Part shown: one piece after another, positions 19,255 through 27,629 of the stretch
Numbering within the stretch: position 1 is the first letter of the stretch
How the letters are laid out: each line of letters begins with the position of its first letter
IMG/VR virus record: IMGVR_UViG_3300032235_000623
Coordinates: 44,850 to 108,849 of that record
Reading direction: 5' to 3' (one strand)
Source: a virus
DNA length: 64,000 bases
Notes under the pieces: generated by a model
Databases searched by the model: none
What the model was told of the DNA's origin: nothing
The model's input: the letters and a program-made list of their open reading frames with translations, nothing else
Program-made: the position numbers and the translations under genes

Positions 19255-19461
19255 ATTTTTTCCTTTCGGTTGATTGATTTGGCAATTATAGCAGGGGGGT
19301 CTGACATTGTAAAGGATTAAAGATAAGATGTCCGAATTGTCTAACGTGATCAATCTCACAAAATTTTGGGAGTTTTCCACAGCTCGTCGTAAGCCTGTGG
19401 ATAACCCCTCAGTTGTTGCGGGCACAATTTGAGGGGCGGGAAAAAGATCCCGCCCCAAGCT

Positions 19462-19719
19462 TTAAACTAGTCCCAACTCTTCAGAAGTTAGTTTATATTT
19501 ATTGTGTTTGTTTACTGTTTCCATTGGTAGAAAGATTGCTAGCGTCTTCTGCTTCTTCTTATTATCATAAACATAAGCACGAACAGTGCCAGCAAATCTA
19601 CGTAGGTTTGAGAATACCATTTCAGATAGATATTCTCTATTTACTCCCTCATCAGAATAAATAGTTAAATCATTTGCTTTGTTATCATCATAGATTTCAA
19701 CTCTAAAACGATTTTTCAT
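19462..19719 (-). CDS. Hypothetical early protein
   Basis: ORF followed by a terminator hairpin at 19432-19457. Confidence 0.55.
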   Translation of the reverse strand: MKNRFRVEIYDDNKANDLTIYSDEGVNREYLSEMVFSNLRRFAGTVRAYVYDNKKKQKTLAIFLPMETVNKHNKYKLTSEELGLV

Positions 19720-19750
19720 TTGATTACTTTCTGTTAGTAGTTATTTTGGT

Positions 19751-19782
19751 TGAGCAGTTTAGCACTTGACTTACTCAGGTCA
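19751..19782 (-). ncRNA. H-type pseudoknot motif, copy 2
   Basis: P1 TGAC/GTCA, P2 TGAGTA/TGCTCA. Confidence 0.5.
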
Positions 19783-19843
19783 GGGTTCTTTTGCTTTAGA
19801 GTATTCTAACATAGGGGGCTAGTTTTGTCTAGCCCCCATTTTA

Positions 19844-20260
19844 TTAGAGATACTTAGCAATTTGCTTCATAGTAGAAGCATTTACTGTTTCCTCATCTGT
19901 CATCTTGAGAATTGTTAGGGCATTTGTGATGTCCTCTACAATTTCATTGTATGTGTGTTGGTGCATGATTGTGAAATCACGCTCAGGCTCTTTAGGGAAA
20001 TCGCTTTCCTTTACAATTAAATCAAAATCAACATTGAGAGAGTTGTTCCAAGAGCGATAGTTTGTGCGGAAGTTTTCAGCCTTCTTGATGTTTGCAATAG
20101 CAAAATCCTGAACTTCCTTACGCCACTTTTCTCTTGACTTCTCATACTTCGCTTCGTTTGCACCCTGCTCAGCATAGTCTTTCTTGATTGTTGCCAACTT
20201 TGTTTCCAAAGCCTTGATTACCTTTGGTGTTGCCACCTTTACTGTGATTGCTCTTGACAT
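19844..20260 (-). CDS. Hypothetical early protein
   Basis: RBS plus promoter at 20292-20313. Confidence 0.6.
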   Translation of the reverse strand: MSRAITVKVATPKVIKALETKLATIKKDYAEQGANEAKYEKSREKWRKEVQDFAIANIKKAENFRTNYRSWNNSLNVDFDLIVKESDFPKEPERDFTIMHQHTYNEIVEDITNALTILKMTDEETVNASTMKQIAKYL

Positions 20261-20388
20261 AGTTTTTCCTTTTCTATTTGGTTGAGGTTTTAGTATAACA
20301 TAGGGGTCTGACAAACCCCGTAGGGTGAGAGTTCTTACTTACGACATTGGGCGAGAACACTCTCTAAACTGCCCCTGTTTCGATTTAC

Positions 20389-20532
20389 TTACTCAGCGTA
20401 TGCAGAAGTCCAACGCTCTGTGCCATTTACATCTAGCAAGATACGATTAACTCCGCTTGGGTGATTATCAACCGCTTTGATAATACCTGTGATACCGCTT
20501 GCTGTTGTTGTGTATGTCTGACCGATTTCCAT
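20389..20532 (-). CDS. Small SH3/KOW-like early protein
   Basis: AAGGAG RBS, promoter at 20563-20584. Confidence 0.5.
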   Translation of the reverse strand: MEIGQTYTTTASGITGIIKAVDNHPSGVNRILLDVNGTERWTSAYAE

Positions 20533-20587
20533 TTGTTTCTCCTTTGTTTGTTTGTTGGTAGTATTATAGCCTATGCCACTGACATTT

Positions 20588-20875
20588 TTAGTCTTCTTCG
20601 GTGTAATCTTCCTCACACCAGGCGCTTAGGTGGTGCTGTTCAATAATTGCCCAGGCAGGCGCTGTATCCATGCCTCGATAAGATACTCCTTCAGGCATTG
20701 AGATTTCACGATTTAGATCGTCTTCCCAGTATGCATCTATAGCATCTATGCAAGGTTGCACCATTGATAGCGGGACGGGTGGATAGTGATTACCCTGTAA
20801 GTGATAACCAATTGAAGCTTCTAGGCTTAAGCCCAATTCATCTGTTGCTAATTCATAAGCAAGATTACTTCCCAT
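20588..20875 (-). CDS. Hypothetical early protein
   Basis: HLQGNHYPPVP motif. Confidence 0.6.
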   Translation of the reverse strand: MGSNLAYELATDELGLSLEASIGYHLQGNHYPPVPLSMVQPCIDAIDAYWEDDLNREISMPEGVSYRGMDTAPAWAIIEQHHLSAWCEEDYTEED

Positions 20876-21137
20876 TTATAACCTCGTTTCCAATAGTTTC
20901 CATTTCGTCAATAGACTCCATAAGTTCTTTTACTTGACTTTCGGTAAGTAGAATTTTAGTTGCCTTATCTACTGCAAGGCTAGCGATAGCGCATGAGTAA
21001 AGATAAATTCCTTTAGCAAATTCTTCATTACTCATTTCGTTATGATTATGTGTTAGGTATCCAGCAAGCCCCATAACTTCTTCGTCCATTATAGAGTCGC
21101 TAGTTGCTTCGATTAGAGCATAAGCGGTTGATAGCAT
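20865..21137 (-). CDS. Hypothetical early protein
   Basis: AACGAAAGGG RBS plus promoter. Confidence 0.6.
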   Translation of the reverse strand: MLSTAYALIEATSDSIMDEEVMGLAGYLTHNHNEMSNEEFAKGIYLYSCAIASLAVDKATKILLTESQVKELMESIDEMETIGNEVINGK

Positions 21138-21204
21138 TTTTTCCCTTTCGTTTGTTTTATGGAATTATAGCAGGTGGGTCTGACAAGCAGACCCACCCTA
21201 TCAA

Positions 21205-21456
21205 TTATGCTAGGGCTATGTAAGCCTGAGAGTAGCCTTCATTTACACGGTCAAGTTCATCCTGAATTTCAGACTTAGACATTAGAGAAACTTTGCCGAT
21301 TAACTCACGAATAGCGCCTTCGTTCATCTGATTAAAGATAGCGGTTGGCATTTTGCTTACTTGCTGATACATTGAACCTTCGATATCCAGTTTAGATACG
21401 AATTCTACGCCATCAACTGTGAATGGAAATAATGCCCATCTAGTCATATCTTTCAT
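21205..21456 (-). CDS. Hypothetical early protein
   Basis: AACGAAAGG RBS plus promoter. Confidence 0.6.
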   Translation of the reverse strand: MKDMTRWALFPFTVDGVEFVSKLDIEGSMYQQVSKMPTAIFNQMNEGAIRELIGKVSLMSKSEIQDELDRVNEGYSQAYIALA

Positions 21457-21793
21457 TGTTTTACCTTTCGTTTGTGTTATGCGAGTATTATAGCGGAATG
21501 CTCTGACAAATCATAATCCATTTACGGCGTGTCGCAGCTTTTGTGATAAACCTCACAAATTTTCAGGGTTTTCCACAGGTACCCGTAAATTGTGGATAAC
21601 CCCCACGCCTTTGCGGGCATTTAGTTGAAATTTCAACTAATTAAAAAATGGAGCTACAAGATCACAATAAGTTTTTAAATATTTTTCTTTTTTGTGTTTT
21701 GTTTTGCGTGTGTATTTTTTCTTTGAGGGGATCGGAGTCGCCGCATTACTGCGGCGCAACTCCTGAACCTTCTTTACTTTTTCTGTTGCCATT

Positions 21794-21991
21794 TTATCCT
21801 CTCGAATTAAAACTAGGAACTTGATAACCACTCGCCTCATGAAATTTTGTTACGTTAAAATTTGGATTTTCTTTTGCACACAATTCTGAAAAATCTAAAA
21901 CCATTTTAGAAAAAACAGCGGGATGAGTTTTGTTAGAATTATACTTAAGAATTTCAGCGATAGCCTCGAAGTGCTTGCGTGTCATTGTCAT
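21794..21991 (-). CDS. Hypothetical early protein
   Basis: MTRKHFEAIA..NPNF..KF pattern. Confidence 0.6.
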   Translation of the reverse strand: MTMTRKHFEAIAEILKYNSNKTHPAVFSKMVLDFSELCAKENPNFNVTKFHEASGYQVPSFNSRG

Positions 21992-22194
21992 ACTGTTACA
22001 ACCTTTCGTCCTTCACGATAGAAAATTTTTGTGTAGCATTTTGCAGATGGTGTAAAGATATTTACAGTTGAGTATTCGTTAGCGAAACCCCAATCTGTGA
22101 AAGCAAAAAAATCTTTCCATGCTGCCATTTCATCATCATATTCATGAGACCAATGCGGAGCATTTGAATCATAAGCCAAAGTAATTTTATACAT
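21988..22194 (-). CDS. Hypothetical early protein
   Basis: ATGA overlap with the next gene. Confidence 0.5.
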   Translation of the reverse strand: MYKITLAYDSNAPHWSHEYDDEMAAWKDFFAFTDWGFANEYSTVNIFTPSAKCYTKIFYREGRKVVTV

Positions 22195-22562
22195 TAGATA
22201 TTCCAATCGTCTAGAGCACACTCACACGCTTCTACATCATAATTATTTTCATCTCCCCAAAATAGGAAACCTGCACCACCGCACTCATCACAAGCAACGG
22301 CAATAATTTCTTTTAAGTCTGACATTAGTTTTCCTTTCGTTCTGTTGTTGAAATTGTAGCAGATAGCACCGACAAGGCTTCGGATTTGCTTGCTTGGCGT
22401 GTCGCTAGGATATGAGCCTTAAATTCTTCTAGGTTCATTAGAGAGCACCTTCCTGAAATAACTCGATTTCGATATCTAACTTTTTTTCATCTGATAATTC
22501 ATCGAACGAAACCCAGCCTGCGCCTTCTTCGTCCATTTTAAAAAATTCAATGTATCCCATTA

Positions 22563-22766
22563 TTATTCACCTACCTTTACTGCAACTGTTCGGAAAGTTG
22601 TGCGGAAAGAGTTTTTAGGTTGAACCTCGACAAGATAAGAATCGCAACCTTCATACCAAACCGCTTTAGGGTGAGGTTCTGCGTTAATGATAATTCCCTC
22701 AAGAGTCTTTGAGAAATATTGCTTACCTACTAAGAGGTTCTGGACTGAATATACATTTGCTGACAT
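22563..22766 (-). CDS. Hypothetical early protein
   Basis: AACGAAAGG RBS plus promoter at 22800-22821. Confidence 0.55.
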   Translation of the reverse strand: MSANVYSVQNLLVGKQYFSKTLEGIIINAEPHPKAVWYEGCDSYLVEVQPKNSFRTTFRTVAVKVGE

Positions 22767-23163
22767 GGTGTCCGCCTTTCGTTTGTTTCTATATCTGGAA
22801 TTATACACGAACGGACTGACATTTTCCAATTTGGCAAGGGTTTGTCTCAATATGTGGAGCGTGGGCTATGTGATAAGCATCACACGCCTAATGTGATAAC
22901 CATCACACCAAAATGTCCGTTTTGTCTGTCAAATCGACACGCCGTAGAATTTGGGGCTTTTGATAACGATTACGTAACGACACGCCCGACGCCGCAGTAT
23001 TTGCGGGCCAGCTTGATTTTGTCAAGTCGACACGCCGTTAGTTAGCGAAAATCTTTTATGACTTCCCTCACATCTTGTTTTAATTCGTGCCACATCATGC
23101 GCCCCATATATAGGGCGGGGATCGCAAGGGCTAATTGTACTAGTGTGGTTAGTAGTCTATTCA

Positions 23164-23352
23164 TTACTTATCTCCAAACATATCGAAAACTTCATCTAGT
23201 TGTTCATCTGTTAAGTGGTCAATACTAATAGCCTTAGTAAATCCGAACACATCTTCTTCTTCTGCCATTAGATTTTCATACATTTCTTCTTCTGCTAGGT
23301 GTGCGTACTGGTCGCTTACATCTGCTTGAATAGTATCCCATTTAGTCATCAT
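23164..23352 (-). CDS. Hypothetical acidic early protein
   Basis: ORF with GAGG RBS. Confidence 0.5.
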   Translation of the reverse strand: MMTKWDTIQADVSDQYAHLAEEEMYENLMAEEEDVFGFTKAISIDHLTDEQLDEVFDMFGDK

Positions 23353-23604
23353 TACTTATTTACCTCTACTTCTCTAACGATAAAGGAAAACCCTTTACCT
23401 AATTTGTTTAGTTCTTCAATTACGGCTAAGATTTCTTCGGGCTTATTAGCCTTGTTATTAACGCTTAGTAGTTGAGAGCCTTGCCATAGTGAGTAAGTGA
23501 TAGTCATTCGTTTTCTTCTTTCGTTAGTTTGTTTAATAAGATTAAGGTACTACATAGGGCTGACATTTGCAACCCTAAAGGGGGTGTGTTGCGTGTGAGT
23601 TACC

Positions 23605-23760
23605 TCACAGGCAGTTTATACACTCACAACCCTTAGAGCGGATAAGGTAGGCTAACACCTCTTTACGGGTATAAGCGTCTAGACCATAGGAGGACTTAAC
23701 GCCTCCATTGTGGTATTCATGCACGATAGTGCTAAATAGTGTTTCTGTTAGTTGAGTCAT
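23605..23760 (-). CDS. Hypothetical early protein
   Basis: AACGAAAGGAG RBS. Confidence 0.5.
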   Translation of the reverse strand: MTQLTETLFSTIVHEYHNGGVKSSYGLDAYTRKEVLAYLIRSKGCECINCL

Positions 23761-24351
23761 TTGTGACTCCTTTCGTTTATTTATTAGGATAATCTTTTCA
23801 TACTTATTTAATTTTTTCAAGTCTATTTGGTGTGGTGTCTATCACACTAGGCTAGGGGACTTATCGTAGGTGTAGCCTACGCCTGTCTCATAGTATGCGA
23901 ACATCTGTTCGGTTTTATGAGTTCTATCTACTGTGCAGAACATGTCCTGCGGTTCGCCTGTCCAATTACAGGAGAGGCACTTACTTACTAGGTGTGATAA
24001 TACTTTTGTCATTTTCTGACCTTTCTAGTTAATCACCTTGATTAACTTTCTTTATACTATAATCATATAACGGGGGTCTGACAAAAATCAAGTCGCAACA
24101 CGGATAAATCGGACATTTTGAAAACTAATTTCAAAAAACCCTGTGATATGCCTCACAAACATGGGCGCACTATCCGAAATGTCCGAATTTCTACAGGTGT
24201 GTATCATACAAATAAAAAATTTATTAACATTTTTAGAAATCTGATTTTGCAGCTGATCGCAAAAACGCAAAATTCAAAAAAATATTTTTATTAACATTTC
24301 ATAAACTTGAAATATCAGTTGACTAGAATTTAATTGATATATAATAGATAC

Positions 24352-25089
24352 ATGTCACTTACAGAAACAATATACACAAGAATCGACGGGTTCATAAACG
24401 ATCTGCCAATCTACTTTTTAAATCACGGTTACTCTCCAGCATACTCAGAGTTTGAAGGTGTGCAATTTAAGCATCAGCTCAGCCTATACAAGAAGACTAT
24501 CGATGGACTATCTCTGGACAATAAGTCTATTTTAGAAGTTGGCTGTGGAAGAGGCGGTGGATCAAAATGGATCTCAGATACATATAATGTAAACATGTAT
24601 GGATGTGATATAACTCCAGTACATATAGCTGTGTGTAAGAAAAATGAAAAGGAAAACTTACAATACACTGTTGCAAATGCAGATGAATTGCCATACAAGG
24701 CAGAATCTATGGATGTCATATTTTCAATAGAAGCATCTCAAGCATTTCAAGATCTAAAAGCATTTTTTGAAAAAGCATTTAACATACTAAAGAGTGATGG
24801 AAAAATAATAATTGTCGACATGTACCCTATTAGCAATGTTGATCGAAATAAGATGATGCGGGATTTAGATACTTATAAAGACATAGCTTCACTTTGGTTT
24901 AAAGATGTCGAAATTGAAATTATTACAGATAATGTTAAGCAAGCTTTGCTAGAAGATACACAGTTAATGAAAAACTATATTAAAGACGATAAGGTTTCAT
25001 TCTTTGCTGTAGAAAATGCTAAAGACTCATATAGCAGATATGCTAATTCAGATATCGGATATTTTAAGTTAACTGGAAATAAAATTTAA
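24352..25089 (+). CDS. Class I SAM-dependent methyltransferase
   Basis: FLNHGY and ILEVGCGRGGG motif I. Confidence 0.85.
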   Translation: MSLTETIYTRIDGFINDLPIYFLNHGYSPAYSEFEGVQFKHQLSLYKKTIDGLSLDNKSILEVGCGRGGGSKWISDTYNVNMYGCDITPVHIAVCKKNEKENLQYTVANADELPYKAESMDVIFSIEASQAFQDLKAFFEKAFNILKSDGKIIIVDMYPISNVDRNKMMRDLDTYKDIASLWFKDVEIEIITDNVKQALLEDTQLMKNYIKDDKVSFFAVENAKDSYSRYANSDIGYFKLTGNKI

Positions 25090-25401
25090 TTACCTATTGA
25101 CTACTGAATTTTTTTAGTGTTATACTTCATACTGGTTTGTGGGGGCTTACACTGGGAACTCAGTTATACTAAGTGTCGCTTCTCTCTATTCTCAACATTG
25201 TAGCAATTTTTTCAATGGGGGGAAAGGGGGGCTTTCCTAAAAATCATAGTTGCCTAAGTATCTATATAATACATATAAGATATATCTATAATTATAGTCA
25301 ACTGAAATATTAAATGATATACTAATAACATGAAACTCATACTGACAATAGGAATCGTAGCTATCATTGTCCATATATGCGGATTACTAATCCAACTATA
25401 T

Positions 25402-25476
25402 GGACCACTAGCTTAATCAGGTTAAAGCAATTGTCTTATATACAATCGAGTTTCGGTTCAAATCCGAAGTGGTCTA
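25402..25476 (+). tRNA. tRNA-Ile(TAT)
   Basis: Acceptor GGACCAC/GTGGTCT, D-stem GCTT/AAGC, anticodon stem ATTGT/ACAAT with loop CTTATAT, T-arm TTCGG-TTCAAAT-CCGAA. Confidence 0.8.
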
Positions 25477-25525
25477 CAAATAAAACGGGGGGATTCAGAG
25501 ATATCATCTCTGGTCTAAATAACCC

Positions 25526-25789
25526 ATGCTAGAGAAAAGGCTTCTAATGGGGTTTATAGACCTTAGTACCAATAAGTCCACATATGGACTACCAAATGAG
25601 ATCCTTCTAGTCCAAGAGGCTTTGAAAGCCTTTACTGACTATATCGAATCTAAATTGTCAGAATGTGACCAAGTAGAGTATAATGAGGATAGAATATGCG
25701 ACCTAACTTGGAAGCATGATGATTGTAGAGTATTAATGGATATTCTATTTGATCTCACATTAGAGGAAAAGTATAGGAGTAAATGGTAA
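25526..25789 (+). CDS. Hypothetical protein
   Basis: ORF only. Confidence 0.45.
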   Translation: MLEKRLLMGFIDLSTNKSTYGLPNEILLVQEALKAFTDYIESKLSECDQVEYNEDRICDLTWKHDDCRVLMDILFDLTLEEKYRSKW

Positions 25790-25829
25790 ATGGTCTCTTC
25801 TACTTCCGCCGCACTTTTTTCGCACTTCA

Positions 25830-26387
25830 ATGAGGATATATATGCCTATTGAGAGTTTAACTAATACAATTAAGATATATAAGAAGTATTTCACCGAATA
25901 TGACTGCAAACACATAATGGATACTTTTGGAGACTCAGGGGAAGAAACCGTACCATTCCTAGAGTTTCACTGGGGAGAGCAGTCAGTAGAAGGATTGAAT
26001 CAGGAAAAAAACAATATTATCTATGAGTTCTATAAATTCTTTAAAGATGAGATAGAAAAAGAATTTGTCATTGACAATATAGAGTTAGAAAGAGTATTCT
26101 TGCAGACCATGAAGCCTGGTGGTCAACTATCAGAGCATTTAGATGGTGAGCATAGATTTGCTGTTCTTGGATATATCAACTCAGACTATGTTGGAGGAGA
26201 GCTCTACTTCTCAAGAGATAATCTTTCCATAACCCCAGATACTGGGGATGTTTTGTTCTTTCATGGAGGATCAAAGAATCCTCATGCGGTAAAACCTCTA
26301 CTATCTGGCAATCGTACAAGTTTAATAATGTTTTTTACAAATAAAGGTGAAAAAGAAAAATATTCAATATTGGGAAATAAGCTGTAG
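25830..26387 (+). CDS. 2OG-Fe(II) oxygenase
   Basis: HLD..YVGGELYF..HAV..GNR. Confidence 0.88.
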   Translation: MRIYMPIESLTNTIKIYKKYFTEYDCKHIMDTFGDSGEETVPFLEFHWGEQSVEGLNQEKNNIIYEFYKFFKDEIEKEFVIDNIELERVFLQTMKPGGQLSEHLDGEHRFAVLGYINSDYVGGELYFSRDNLSITPDTGDVLFFHGGSKNPHAVKPLLSGNRTSLIMFFTNKGEKEKYSILGNKL

Positions 26388-26402
26388 GCAAGGGAGCTAA
26401 AT

Positions 26403-26996
26403 ATGTTTTATAATGATGAGAATGTTGTAAAGATTAAAGAAGAAGGCGTCTGGCTATATAGAAATTTTATTAGTCCAGAAGAATGCGCTGCCATAGTTAA
26501 TAAAGCTTCAGAACTCAGCGATTTAGACTGGCAAGACGGATGGGCAAGACATCAAGGAACACTATTCTATACAAATAATCCAGAATCTGAGAAGGCAATA
26601 GCTGAGTGGTGGAATGATAAAGTCAGTCCTCCAGTATTAATCCCAGAGGTTACAAAGGTTAACCAAAAGCTAAAGTCACTATTTACACCTGAGCTATTTT
26701 TCCTACCAGAGTACAAGGTTGTAAGACTTAAGCCTGGACAGAATATGAAGGCGCACAGAGACAATAGATCTGCTAATTTAAAAGCAGATGTAAAACAAGA
26801 ATTTACTATTAACTGTGCATATACACTATACCTAAATGAATTAAGTGGCGGAGAAATTAACTATCCAGAATTAGGATATACTCATACACCACAACCAGGT
26901 GATTTGATCATACACTCAGGTCTAGTCTTGCATGAAGTTTTTGATGTGATAGATGGATTTAGATATACGATAACAGGTTGGTTATTAAATAAATAA
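26403..26996 (+). CDS. 2OG-Fe(II) oxygenase
   Basis: HRD..YLN..GGEI..HEV..GFR. Confidence 0.88.
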   Translation: MFYNDENVVKIKEEGVWLYRNFISPEECAAIVNKASELSDLDWQDGWARHQGTLFYTNNPESEKAIAEWWNDKVSPPVLIPEVTKVNQKLKSLFTPELFFLPEYKVVRLKPGQNMKAHRDNRSANLKADVKQEFTINCAYTLYLNELSGGEINYPELGYTHTPQPGDLIIHSGLVLHEVFDVIDGFRYTITGWLLNK

Positions 26997-27030
26997 GCCA
27001 TACATAAGGCGGATTATGTATGGCTTATTT
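26991..27030. terminator. Bidirectional terminator between convergent genes
   Basis: AAATAAGCCATACATAA / TTATGTATGGCTTATTT inverted repeat. Confidence 0.75.
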
Positions 27031-27247
27031 GCACATATAGTGCAACAGGGAGTAAAAACTCAAACCTGCTGATTAATTATAGGTTATCTTTTAAATAAAG
27101 TCAATATCTTTTTTTTGATTTTAAGGAGCCTTGCTTCTACACTTTGTTCCATTTGACCACCTGGAGTTTCCTCCCTGTAATGTTCAGTTTGGAAATATGG
27201 GCTATGCATATGTTGCGAGAAGTGATTCCTTGGACTCATATAATATA

Positions 27248-27466
27248 TTATACATCATTTTCAGACCTTAAGGATGGACTTGGGCCAAGAAGGTATCCAT
27301 CTTCATGATACTTAACCATTTTTTCGGTATCTTCTTCTCCAACTATTTTAGTTGAAAGTAAAACAAGTATATCGTATATACGGTGAAGCATTATATAATT
27401 CACCATTGAAAGATTTTCCTCTATAGGCCTAGAGTTTTCATCTTCCGTCATCTTGTAGGTACCCAT
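27248..27466 (-). CDS. Hypothetical protein
   Basis: ORF chain. Confidence 0.55.
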   Translation of the reverse strand: MGTYKMTEDENSRPIEENLSMVNYIMLHRIYDILVLLSTKIVGEEDTEKMVKYHEDGYLLGPSPSLRSENDV

Positions 27467-27629
27467 CTAAATCGTTAATTATTTCATCAAGGGTCATTCC
27501 GTTTTCCTTTGATGTTTCTATATACTTCTTAAATTCTTTGATTGCTTTTTTAGCCATAGGCATTACTGGCATATGCATACATGGGATTCCCATACCTATA
27601 GAACGTGCCAAGTCTTTATCGTAATTCAT
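27438..27629 (-). CDS. Hypothetical protein
   Basis: ORF chain. Confidence 0.5.
   Translation of the reverse strand: MNYDKDLARSIGMGIPCMHMPVMPMAKKAIKEFKKYIETSKENGMTLDEIINDLDGYLQDDGR

Larger units (their letters stand above)
19373..21599. promoter_or_regulatory. Two inverted pairs of DnaA boxes
   Basis: TTTTCCACA/TGTGGATAA at 19373/19396 and 21569/21591. Confidence 0.6.
13343..24083 (-). promoter_or_regulatory. 13 copies of a TGTCRG-N10-TAnnnT promoter
   Basis: Copies start (window coordinates) at 13343, 16005, 17846, 18014, 19285, 20292, 20563, 21164, 21487, 22353, 22800, 23544, 24062. Confidence 0.8.
16045..24157. promoter_or_regulatory. Cluster of CRP-type TGTGA-N6-TCACA palindromes
   Basis: Perfect at 21542, 22869, 22892, 23594, 24142; one mismatch at 16045, 16134, 18063, 19345, 20602, 23057, 23831. 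Confidence 0.7.
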
